From: Schmidtea nova
Taxonomy: Eukaryota
Length of the DNA: 64,000 bases
Assembly: GCA_044892505.1 (NCBI GenBank)
Contig: CM097882.1
Location: 473,928,001 to 473,992,000 of the forward strand
Reading direction: 5' to 3'
Below the pieces are notes generated by a model, which saw only the letters and a list, made by a program, of their open reading frames with translations, searched no databases and was not told the DNA's origin. This document shows, piece after piece, positions 25,701 through 33,243 of the stretch. The translations under genes were made by a program, and so were the position numbers. Every line of letters starts with the position of its first letter. The first letter of the stretch is position 1.

Positions 25701-25811
25701 ATCTAAATTGGCTACCCGAATTGGTATTCTGCCATTTTCAACTTTACCAACGCTATGCGTAATTGGTAGATTATATTTTGCTGAGAACCTTTCATCTGGT
25801 TCAAATACAAC
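21834..25811 (-). CDS. pol: Pol: RT - RNase H - integrase (HHCC, DDE, GPY/F) - signal peptide - ectodomain - TM; in frame with ORF1 after a TAA
   Basis: RT: DAQKGFYQI, PFGL, YIDD (24957-24968). RH: TDAS, ELEALA, TDHRPL. IN: HDGALGGH..CQSCKIC, MDVLGP, TDRGADF, VERFNGTL, FKGPY. The ORF track start at 25685 is a TTG within a frame that is open from 25811. Confidence 0.97.
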   Translation of the reverse strand, partial: VVFEPDERFSAKYNLPITHSVGKVENGRIPIRVANLDIKPLKLYPDTRVGRVSKSDQLPIGGSVLTVKAENREPDIEYYDAPTANSKALSRRENIQVNMLLRKYDQVFAKHEYDLGKTNLLEHEIVLNNIKPIKLRPYRIPFSLEEPVDKQVKLMLKHNIIRHSKSPYQSPMIVVAKKDGTVRLCNDYRMVNEATCKDSHPLPLLDYIYGRMRNSKYFSVMDAQKGFYQIKLKEETIPITAFSTSLGHFEYTVMPFGLTGAPATFQRAMNLMLMDVHHAMVYIDDIIVFSPDLEKHLEHLEDVFKRLINANLKVKPSKCKWAESEVVYVGHIISKDGVKPDPANVEKAKNFPEPKTVKHIKGFLGLVGYYRKFIRNFSAIAFPLTQLEGKNVKFVWGKEQQEAFAMLKRMLVEPPILRFPDFEKQFLVMTDASTRGIGAVLGQRDDLGDEYAIAYASRGLKPHEKNYAVIELEALAIVYAIHQFRTYLWGRKIIVYTDHRPLQWLTKHTMDTSKLVRWALILQPYDIEIHYRKGHQNGNADAFSRMDQGDEAEDVKEGRLEGTIFALTREANRLADLMAAQQSDEEINQIRQALEAKFIPTEFNKYWEKNRDKFILEEGLVKYVDVRDNVIMVPKKYREALMLQYHDGALGGHLSFRKTLSRLKQKYFWPTIKPDVQEWCQSCKICITRRNTGKKPHVPMKPMPVPSTPMEMTAMDVLGPFKESNSGNKYILVFCDYLTKWPEAYPIPNHKADTIARIFVEQIVFRYGVPTKLLTDRGADFMSNLLKGINDYFDILKLNTSPYHPQTDGLVERFNGTLANMLASYVNSGQTDWDIHIPSCLFAYRNAVHEGTGQTPFYLMYLRQSKMPIDLLFFPKATQYLDQENYLMEMRERMQEAWTKAGLSIKFSQEASKDYHDKKAKGHGMLVGDKVMLESHYNKKGLSPKLMRNFKGPYEVLRTTDTNLILQLVANRKAEPIMVHANRCKKVAVTEKDPIKEKEDKGSEPVSDRYPLRSRGVPKSVTFLVIISCLISCVKTFVPTAVQIQDLAFRRSFQEFRIISLAENDTKFKFSFCERRCFHFTLDSNTRVKVIKDLRAEKEYLLDILVQHFMFGRWSDFSKSQWKLKTADFKRKVRINIQQGMITFSQPKQGVDRVKIEIHSDKEIVQELWLNEDIEKQNLKWNSSVEWEAHITYMNNKQKLGVDEWNEVFYEVISLKLPQSSTTTKSVTSLIRKESYVIHPAIWQRLKGLKMVKPTVATESNIKSCQCGINEVNPITHLGKLPVGVWIITSAVLAMITTLIAMGVWMKLFFSQAIESVDGIMMTRL

Positions 25812-28800
25812 TTATCCTTCCCACTGTTTGCTAGTGGACACGAAACATACTGTTTCTGCTCTAGGTGGTATTATCATCGTATGGTCGATGAAAACTGTAT
25901 CATCATTATAAACTTTTCTTTTCTTACCGGTTGATCTAACTAACAATCCGGTAGCACAGTCAAATACGACTCCTTTTAATCTTCTTAAAAAATCCATTCC
26001 TAGTAGACATTCTACTGGACAAGTTCTCATGACTATAATATCATGACGAAATTCTTGGTCACATAGCTTGATGTTACAAGCTAGAGTACCGATAATATTC
26101 AATGATGTGCCTGTAGCACCTGTTAGCGAAACTCTAGAGGTTTCCATTGATTCCAATTCTTTTTGATTTAATAGCGTTGCCTCTATGATAGTGCCGTCTG
26201 CTCCTGAATCTATCACTGCATTAACTGTGTGTCTGTTTATTTTTATCTTTATCATGGGTTTCTTCTCCAAGTTCACCCCATTTGCCATCAAAATAGTAGC
26301 ATGCGTTATCCCGATGGTATTTGCTCTGAATTTCTCAGCCTCATCTTGTTCGGTATCACTCAATTTTGGATTATATTCCTTGAATTTAGCTTTTATTGCT
26401 TCTAACGACTCGATAGGATACAGTTTCCCTTCATTTTCTAACGATAATGATATGCTTTTACCTGTTTCTCGAGCATCTTTGTCGGGAATTTGTTGATGTT
26501 TAGAAATGTACATTTTGTTTCTTGGTATGGTTAAAGCATAACTTGGCTTGCCTTCTCCTGATGTCTTTTGAAACTCTGGCGATTCCCCTTTTGGCGCTGT
26601 TGGTAAGCTTCTAAGATACGGCAATTGCATATATCTTGGGCTTCTTTTCAATCTAGGCGATGTTGTATTGATTGCAAATTTCTGGTCTGCACTATCGTAT
26701 TCATCTTCTGAAATCATACTTTTGTCGAAAATCTGTTTTGTCGCTTCGTAAGGTGGTTGATAATCCCGATATTTCATTTTCCTTAATTGATGATTCGGTT
26801 TTTTATTGTAGTTTCTTTTTCGACTTCTACTTTGCCTCTGAACTGTATTAAGAGAGTCTCCATTACCTCCTCCTTCAGAATTGTTATCGTCCCGATAACT
26901 TGTATTACCCTCCATTTCGATTCCAATAATCTCGTGTTTTACCAAGCTTCTCTGTTTGATTGTCTTTATTTCTTTACGATGATGTTTAAACAATGCAAAT
27001 TCCGCACACATAGGACACAATCCTAGTATCAACTTCCAAGACCATCCACCGATTTTGAATATACTGTATGTGGAAATTAATTGTGTTATTATTAACTTTA
27101 GAATTACGAATATTGCATATATTCCTGAGCAGCCTGCCACGAAAATACCAAAATTGGTAAACCTTCCCCATATTTTCATCATCACATTTTTAGCTGCTTC
27201 TTTATAATGATCTGGACCAAATAATAAATTGTAATCTGGTCTCATTTCGCTTGCTTGGTAAATTGTTCTTATGATTTCAGTGATACCTCTTTCTCTTACT
27301 TGAGGAAATAGCAACGTCTGTCTTGCCTCCTCAATGTCTGCTGGAGTGTAAATTCCTCCTTGTGATAATTCATCGAGTGATTTAAATTCCATGTTTTCCT
27401 CGAGTTTCGTGACTTCCAATGTTTCCACCTTTCTATTAGATGGTTTTCTGTCCGGTAATGAGATCCATCTATCATTTACCTTGTATAACGGTGATATTGC
27501 TGGATTGCAAATTGAAGGTTGAGGCTTTTGTTTTTCATCCAAAAGTCTCCTCGTTACTGGCATTACAAATCGTATCTTGTTTTGATATGACACTGGTAAT
27601 TCTAGAGTACATTCGTTATACCGTGTTAATTGTACCTCTATGGGTTGACATTGATAGCTGTATATAGCTTCCCCCATAATTCTGCCAAACATTCCATCTT
27701 CTAGCAACATAGGTGTCACTAGATCCGGATTCACGATTGATATCGCTAATCGATTTCGAACTATTTCGCGATTTAGTTTGCAATCATTGAGTATTACTTC
27801 CTGATACATTTCCTGCATTTGTCCTTGCAGATCATGATATAAATAATCTATTTTATTATTTATATAGTTCGTGATTTTGATATCCTGGCTGTGAATATTC
27901 TTGGCTTTTTGGATAAATGTTTTTGACAAATATAATCCTTTATAGTTGGTCTCGTACACCACTTTTCCGCATTTTGTCTTCTTATCTTTTCTGACAAATC
28001 TGATTGCATCTTTCTTATCTTCTGATACTAATACTAGAGGTGTGATTTCCTCACTAATATCCTCTTTTTGCTGTTTGTTGATCCTTTTCAACGTCTTTTC
28101 TTTATCCCAAATTCTTTCTCTTTTGGGTAAATCTCGATACTTTGTCCCGTTCAACTTATGGAAATTAATTTTCTTTAGTAATGACAATTCGCAATGGTCT
28201 AGTATTTGATCGTATAATAATGTAATGACCCCTGTTCTGCAGCTTCCAAATTTCGCGAGGCACTGAGGGTGTGCCATTAATCTTCCTGATAATACATCGA
28301 ACGTCCCTTCGTATTCTCTTAATTCGATTGAATAGTCCTCGATATCTACGACAAAACTTACCAACTCCGATCCGCGAGTTTTCTTTCTTCCCGTACAGGT
28401 ACCATCTGATCCAATTGATCCTCCTCTTGTAATGGTTACTCCCAGTGTTTTCCCTACTTCCGCGGCGATGGTTACCTCGTTATCGATTCTTAAAGTACCT
28501 TTTCGAAAGGCATCTAGACAATCTTCTGGCAATATGTTAACTGGTCTAGGTATTAGAGTGGCTGATAGAAAAGCTGTATAGCTGTGTGAACCACAATAAT
28601 ATTCAAACGTTGCTCTTTGGACTCTACATTCTCTTATCTTAGTTCTGAAGAATTCACTTTCTTGGTAAACATAGTATTCGACCTTTTCTCCTGTTTGGAC
28701 TTTCTCTGGGTATGCCTCTTTGCACTCAATTGCATCCACGAGCGAATATATCCGAGCCAACTTTGGATCACTGCAATCAAACGCTGTCATTGTGTTTGTC

Positions 28801-31800
28801 TGTTTCATTATCCCCATCATTACTAAAAACATTAATATCATATTTGTCATATTCCCCATTCCTCCATTTCCGAGGTGGTTGTTATTCATAGCCTCTTCCA
28901 CAAATTCATATCGTGGTTTATGTTTCTCCTCTTCCCAGAAGTTATTTTCACTCATCCACGTTCCGAGATAATGCTCCGTTATCTCCGTGATCTGGTCTAT
29001 TTCTCGATTAATAAGTTTCTTCTCATTGCCTGCGCGGGCTAAGGCATCTTGAATCAACATAGATAATGCTGTCACTATTTTTCCTTTAGATAACCCATCT
29101 TGTATGAGTGTCTCTAACATACTCTGTATCTCGTTTTGAGGTACCCCTTTAGGTAATCTCCTCATCGTCTTCGCGATTGACTGTGTCACTTTATCCACTT
29201 GAATTCCTTTAATCCGAGTGATCTGCCATTCCGGCTTTAATATTCCTATGATCTGTTTGATTCTCTTCCATGTCAGAGATTTTTCTGGTATATGTACACC
29301 CTCGTCTCTCATATCAACATCCCTGGCTATTCCTGACAGGGTTTTCATCTGAACCTGTTTAATGGTTTCTTGGTTTAATTGCTCCGTGGGTGGAGGTTTC
29401 ATTTGATCTTTCCTAGGCCTTCCTCGCCTATCTTTCTTTGTCTGCCATGCTGGCCTGACAGTTTCTACCGCCTGAGAAGTTGAAGCACCCACGTTAGTTT
29501 CCTCATTATTGCGCCTGATTTCCTCTTCTCCGTGATTATCGGCATCGATATCTACATTAAGTGGTTGTGTCTCAACGTTACCAATGACCATTTCATCTGG
29601 TAATCGTAATGCTGACCATTGAGATTCAGGTGGCTCTACGGGAATGATTGCTACCGTTGTAGTTTCAAATGGTAGACATCCCACATCTACTAAATATTCA
29701 TCATCATCCACTTGCCCTCCATGAATCATAATCAAGAATATACCAGTAGTCTGCCCAGTATCTATTAAATCCTTTCTCAACGTTATCACTTTGCTAAAAC
29801 AACGATATAACCTCGTCATGGGTTCTTTTCCCGATATTCGAATGTCTAAAGTTATCATGCCTTGTCGGTGTGCTTGATGACGTATTGCTGTTCCATTTTT
29901 TCTCATTAACATTTTTATTTCTGTTTGAAAAGAACTAGTTTCTTTTACTACAGGTAGTAATATAGGAATTATACTCTCCAATGATTCTACTGGTATGCGC
30001 AATACCAACATCCAGTCTAATATTTCCTTGATTGTTTCTCCATCCCTCGGAGATTTCTGCAACTCTATCTTCAGACGTTGCTCTATTTGTTGAACTTCCT
30101 CCAACTGTGCGATTTCCATCTGTGTGAGTAGAAACACACTGTCTTGATCCACTACTGGGACCGATATTCCTGTCAGTTTCGTTGTGAGTTTCGTTACCTT
30201 TCCTGGTAATACACCATTTTGTAGTAGTGTTTCTCCAACTACTAACTTTTCTCCATATAAGTAAAAATCATATCTATTATGTTTCAATTTCATCATTGTA
30301 TCTGACAACTTGTCTGTTCGACATCTTACATTCATGTCGATGTTAAACTCCTGCTCCTGAGGAAGTTTTATGTTTAAATGCGAATCCTGAAGATCCCATT
30401 CATGTTCCATTGCTGTTCCTATCTTTCGTAGGATTTTGTGTATGTCGTTATGATACCTTGGATCATCTTCGACCTGAGATATTAACTGTAATATCTTTCC
30501 AATTTCACTATTCTTGATCTCACCTTGTGATAATTTCTCTAATTCTCTAGTCAGTCTCTGCTGATACTCATATCTGGAATCCACCAGTTTTAAACATTTT
30601 GCTAGGGTATCTGACCCTTTCTTGGCCTTTGTTTCCTTGAACAAAGCCTGGTCGAACTCGCTCAGTATGGTACTCATACTGGGTTCGTCATCATTATCAG
30701 AATTTGTTTCTGATTCTATTACCTCCTGATTCTCGCTGCTGGAATCCATGGGTTCACTATTACCTTGCTCATCTGTGTAAGCATCATGATTTTTCTCAGC
30801 TGAAATCATCAAAACTGTTCCTTGCCCAACTGTGTGAGCATCATCGCTTTCCTCAATGGGATTCATTATAACTGTTCCTCGCCCATCCATGTGAGCATGA
30901 TTTTTCTCAGCTGAAATCATAAAAACTGTCTCTTGCCCAACTGTGTGAGTCTCATTTATTTCTTCAATTGTATTCATCAAAACTGTTCCTCGCTCATCTG
31001 TGTGAGCATGATTTTTCTCAGCTGAAATCATAAAAACTGTATCATCTCGATCCATTAGCCGTGCTAATCGATTTTTCTCCTCCTGGATTTCCATTTCCAG
31101 TTGTTGCAAATACGTCAATTCTTTATCGTGATTGACCATGAACGTAGTTTTTGGCTTGCTGATATTACCACCATTGGTAGTCCTATTATTCGTATTATTA
31201 CTCTGATTTTGAGGACACGACCTCAGTATATGCCCGAATTTTCCACATCCGTGACATTTTATCTTTCCTGATGAATTAACATCATCCCTTTTAATATTAA
31301 AATTCCCATTCGTGGGGAGATTCTTAACTCTACAAACGGAAGCCACATGCCCTCTGCGTTTGCATTTATCACACTGCAAGTTCGTGACTCTACAGTTCTC
31401 AACACTATGATTATTCATACCACATTTGGTACACTGAATACCCCTACGAGTATCAGCTACCTTCTTACTGTGGCAATCTTTTGATATGTGCCCTTTCTTA
31501 TGGCAGTTAAAACATTCAATGGCTGGCTTCTCATTATTTACCATAAATGATGTAGCCTTTTCTAAGCTGCTTTCGATTACGACAGCTTTTCTTGTTAATT
31601 CCCAAAAATCATCTCCCGTGTGGAGAATCAATGCATTTCTCATTACATTTGTGAATCCAGCTAATAATTGGTCTTTAACCATAGCTTTAGTTGCATCATT
31701 CCAGGTAGTTCTGAGCCCAAATGCTCTTTCTGCTAATAACAATAATTGATAGGAAAATTCTCCTACATGCTCATTGGCATTCTGTTTTCTATGGTAAAAC

Positions 31801-32102
31801 TGTTGTCGGAAAATTCTACTTGAATCTCCCGGTAATATTCTAGCTGTTAGTGATTCTCTCATCTTTTCCCATGTAGCTGGTTTATCTGCTGCTGGTAACG
31901 CCATAATATCATTGTAGTTTTCCCTTGCCATACCCTTAAGGTAAATTGGCAGTCTTTGTATCATTATTGCATCTGGATACCCATAGGCCTTTGCCATCTG
32001 ATAATACTCTGACATAAACTCCGGAAATTCCCCTGGATCTCCGCTAAATGCCTTGACAGGTAAAGCGGGATATCTAGCAAAAACATTATTCTCTTCAGCC
32101 AT
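25812..32102 (-). CDS. gag: Gag-Env-Pro polyprotein (2,096 aa from ATG 32102)
   Basis: Uninterrupted frame: capsid (FSGDPGEF..YLKGMA..TWEKMRESL..RKQNANEHVGEF), 4 CCHC knuckles, accessory region, glycoprotein, and protease DSG...LLGMDFL. Confidence 0.95.
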   Translation of the reverse strand: MAEENNVFARYPALPVKAFSGDPGEFPEFMSEYYQMAKAYGYPDAIMIQRLPIYLKGMARENYNDIMALPAADKPATWEKMRESLTARILPGDSSRIFRQQFYHRKQNANEHVGEFSYQLLLLAERAFGLRTTWNDATKAMVKDQLLAGFTNVMRNALILHTGDDFWELTRKAVVIESSLEKATSFMVNNEKPAIECFNCHKKGHISKDCHSKKVADTRRGIQCTKCGMNNHSVENCRVTNLQCDKCKRRGHVASVCRVKNLPTNGNFNIKRDDVNSSGKIKCHGCGKFGHILRSCPQNQSNNTNNRTTNGGNISKPKTTFMVNHDKELTYLQQLEMEIQEEKNRLARLMDRDDTVFMISAEKNHAHTDERGTVLMNTIEEINETHTVGQETVFMISAEKNHAHMDGRGTVIMNPIEESDDAHTVGQGTVLMISAEKNHDAYTDEQGNSEPMDSSSENQEVIESETNSDNDDEPSMSTILSEFDQALFKETKAKKGSDTLAKCLKLVDSRYEYQQRLTRELEKLSQGEIKNSEIGKILQLISQVEDDPRYHNDIHKILRKIGTAMEHEWDLQDSHLNIKLPQEQEFNIDMNVRCRTDKLSDTMMKLKHNRYDFYLYGEKLVVGETLLQNGVLPGKVTKLTTKLTGISVPVVDQDSVFLLTQMEIAQLEEVQQIEQRLKIELQKSPRDGETIKEILDWMLVLRIPVESLESIIPILLPVVKETSSFQTEIKMLMRKNGTAIRHQAHRQGMITLDIRISGKEPMTRLYRCFSKVITLRKDLIDTGQTTGIFLIMIHGGQVDDDEYLVDVGCLPFETTTVAIIPVEPPESQWSALRLPDEMVIGNVETQPLNVDIDADNHGEEEIRRNNEETNVGASTSQAVETVRPAWQTKKDRRGRPRKDQMKPPPTEQLNQETIKQVQMKTLSGIARDVDMRDEGVHIPEKSLTWKRIKQIIGILKPEWQITRIKGIQVDKVTQSIAKTMRRLPKGVPQNEIQSMLETLIQDGLSKGKIVTALSMLIQDALARAGNEKKLINREIDQITEITEHYLGTWMSENNFWEEEKHKPRYEFVEEAMNNNHLGNGGMGNMTNMILMFLVMMGIMKQTNTMTAFDCSDPKLARIYSLVDAIECKEAYPEKVQTGEKVEYYVYQESEFFRTKIRECRVQRATFEYYCGSHSYTAFLSATLIPRPVNILPEDCLDAFRKGTLRIDNEVTIAAEVGKTLGVTITRGGSIGSDGTCTGRKKTRGSELVSFVVDIEDYSIELREYEGTFDVLSGRLMAHPQCLAKFGSCRTGVITLLYDQILDHCELSLLKKINFHKLNGTKYRDLPKRERIWDKEKTLKRINKQQKEDISEEITPLVLVSEDKKDAIRFVRKDKKTKCGKVVYETNYKGLYLSKTFIQKAKNIHSQDIKITNYINNKIDYLYHDLQGQMQEMYQEVILNDCKLNREIVRNRLAISIVNPDLVTPMLLEDGMFGRIMGEAIYSYQCQPIEVQLTRYNECTLELPVSYQNKIRFVMPVTRRLLDEKQKPQPSICNPAISPLYKVNDRWISLPDRKPSNRKVETLEVTKLEENMEFKSLDELSQGGIYTPADIEEARQTLLFPQVRERGITEIIRTIYQASEMRPDYNLLFGPDHYKEAAKNVMMKIWGRFTNFGIFVAGCSGIYAIFVILKLIITQLISTYSIFKIGGWSWKLILGLCPMCAEFALFKHHRKEIKTIKQRSLVKHEIIGIEMEGNTSYRDDNNSEGGGNGDSLNTVQRQSRSRKRNYNKKPNHQLRKMKYRDYQPPYEATKQIFDKSMISEDEYDSADQKFAINTTSPRLKRSPRYMQLPYLRSLPTAPKGESPEFQKTSGEGKPSYALTIPRNKMYISKHQQIPDKDARETGKSISLSLENEGKLYPIESLEAIKAKFKEYNPKLSDTEQDEAEKFRANTIGITHATILMANGVNLEKKPMIKIKINRHTVNAVIDSGADGTIIEATLLNQKELESMETSRVSLTGATGTSLNIIGTLACNIKLCDQEFRHDIIVMRTCPVECLLGMDFLRRLKGVVFDCATGLLVRSTGKKRKVYNDDTVFIDHTMIIPPRAETVCFVSTSKQWEG
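25956..26260 (-). other. retropepsin aspartic protease domain
   Basis: AVIDSGADGTII (catalytic D at 26208-26210), flap TGATGTSL, CLLGMDFL. Confidence 0.95.
26988..28850 (-). other. env: envelope glycoprotein domain, chuvirus/Jingchuvirales G-like (class III-like fusogen), embedded in ORF1
   Basis: Signal-like MILMFLVMMGIM, then AFDC, YYCGSHS, GSIGSDGTCTG, CKLNREI, GEAIYSYQCQP, CTLELPV, GGIYTPADIE, LLFP; TM FGIFVAGCSGIYAIFVILKLII (27087-27153). Confidence 0.85.
29640..30563 (-). other. duplicated helical + ubiquitin-like module
   Basis: QRL..EL.K...(D/E)I..(I/L).RK.GTA occurs twice, each followed by a 72-73 aa segment matching the ubiquitin-fold pattern. Confidence 0.6.
30762..31040 (-). repeat. 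in-frame 111-bp (37-aa) tandem repeat x2.5 built from 18/19-aa subunits
   Basis: TVFMISAEKNHAH...TV(L/I)MN(T/P)IEE...HTVGQ repeated. Confidence 0.9.
31215..31514 (-). other. four CX2CX4HX4C zinc knuckles (nucleocapsid)
   Basis: CFNCHKKGHISKDC, CTKCGMNNHSVENC, CDKCKRRGHVASVC, CHGCGKFGHILRSC. Confidence 0.95.
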
Positions 32103-32173
32103 GTCCTCCACAACTTTTAACTTTTTAGGAGCTATTTTGTATATATGACAATATGCCCACTGATAATAATTGT

Positions 32174-32191
32174 ATCACGTCGGGCTCACCA
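32174..32191 (-). promoter_or_regulatory. primer-binding site, tRNA-Trp type
   Basis: TGGTGAGCCCGACGTGAT, 3 nt after the 5' LTR. Its complement ATCACGTCGGGCTCACCA differs at one base from the animal tRNA-Trp 3' end as I recall it (ATCACGTCGGGGTCACCA). Confidence 0.85.
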
Positions 32192-32194
32192 AAA

Positions 32195-33243
32195 TGTTCG
32201 GTTCGTATCAGTGGTTTACGACGAACACAGAAATATATATATATATATGTTTTGATTTGATTTGATTTGATTATCGGACTCCAAACGATAATCCGCTTAT
32301 ATAATTATAAATAAAATATATGTTTTAGGTTGGGTGTAAAGAAAAGAAAACCAATTCTTTTTAATAAGATTTATGGCGATTTATGTATAACAATGTACAA
32401 TATAATAAAATAAAATAGCTGCAAAGCAAAAGTTAGAAAATCGGTTATTCAAACCGTCCTCAGAGTTTAAGAACGAAAGCTGGACCTAAAAGGCTCAACA
32501 GCTCCGACTAAATGAAAGGACAAAAGATGAGGGCTTTCCCGGTAGTTTAATCGCGATAGTGACAACCCAGAAATGGTTGTCACTGTGACCTAATAATTTC
32601 CCTTCTAATAATTTATTATTTAACGAATTTACTGAAGGGGAAAAATAGTAATATAACTATTTCCCCGTGATCGATTTATAGAATTAAAGCAAACTAGAAA
32701 ATTTACCAGCTAATAAAGATTATTCCTATTTCGGGAAATTATCACAAATGAAATTCAAGCTAAACTTCTCGTAATACTTCTGCCGTAAAAATTAATTTCT
32801 CCAATTCACAAATCTGTAAAACTTAGATTCTAAAATTCACTTCTGTAAAATTTATGTTCTGCCTCGACTGATTTGACAATCAGTTTATATACAAATTCTT
32901 TTCTCTCATGTAGGTCTAGACGACCACCTATTACTAACTACGTGTAGGTCGAAATTGACCTTACAAAATATTAACTTTTAAAGTAATTTATTATTACTAT
33001 ATATATCTTATTATTACTATTTAAATTTCTCATGTATTTATTTATTACTATATTTATTATATACTATTTAATTATTACTATATTTATTATATGCTATTTA
33101 ATTATTACTATATTTAATCTATATTTATTTATAGTAATTATTTATTTATTTTTAGTATTTTTTAATTGCTATTTCTATTTATTTATTTACTTATAATATT
33201 TAATTACAAAAAACCCGAGATCCCTTGATCTCGAACCCTAACA
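32195..33243 (-). repeat. 5' LTR (1,049 bp)
   Basis: Direct repeat of 18318-19366, adjacent to the PBS. Confidence 0.98.

Larger units (their letters stand above)
18318..33243 (-). mobile_element. full-length 14,926-bp Ty3/Gypsy (Metaviridae-like) LTR retroelement with internal env and accessory ORF
   Basis: Paired TG..CA LTRs, GCTA TSD (18314-18317 and 33244-33247), PBS, PPT, and gag/pro/RT/RH/IN motifs with IN after RH. Confidence 0.98.

Noticed and set aside
26748-26762. PPxY late domain (YQPPY)
   Set aside because: Reads Q-P-P-Y, which does not fit [LP]PxY.
28371-28395. Furin site in Env (GRKKTRG)
   Set aside because: R-x-x-x-R spacing, not R-x-[KR]-R.
26988-28850. Env block as a separately inserted nested element or viral EVE
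   Set aside because: No internal LTR/TIR/TSD, frame intact on both sides, a signal-like stretch right at its start and putative PR sites flanking the block. It still needs checking in sister copies.
19970-31749. Short plus-strand ORFs antisense to gag/pol/ORF3
   Set aside because: Shadow frames of long coding sequence with no independent motifs.
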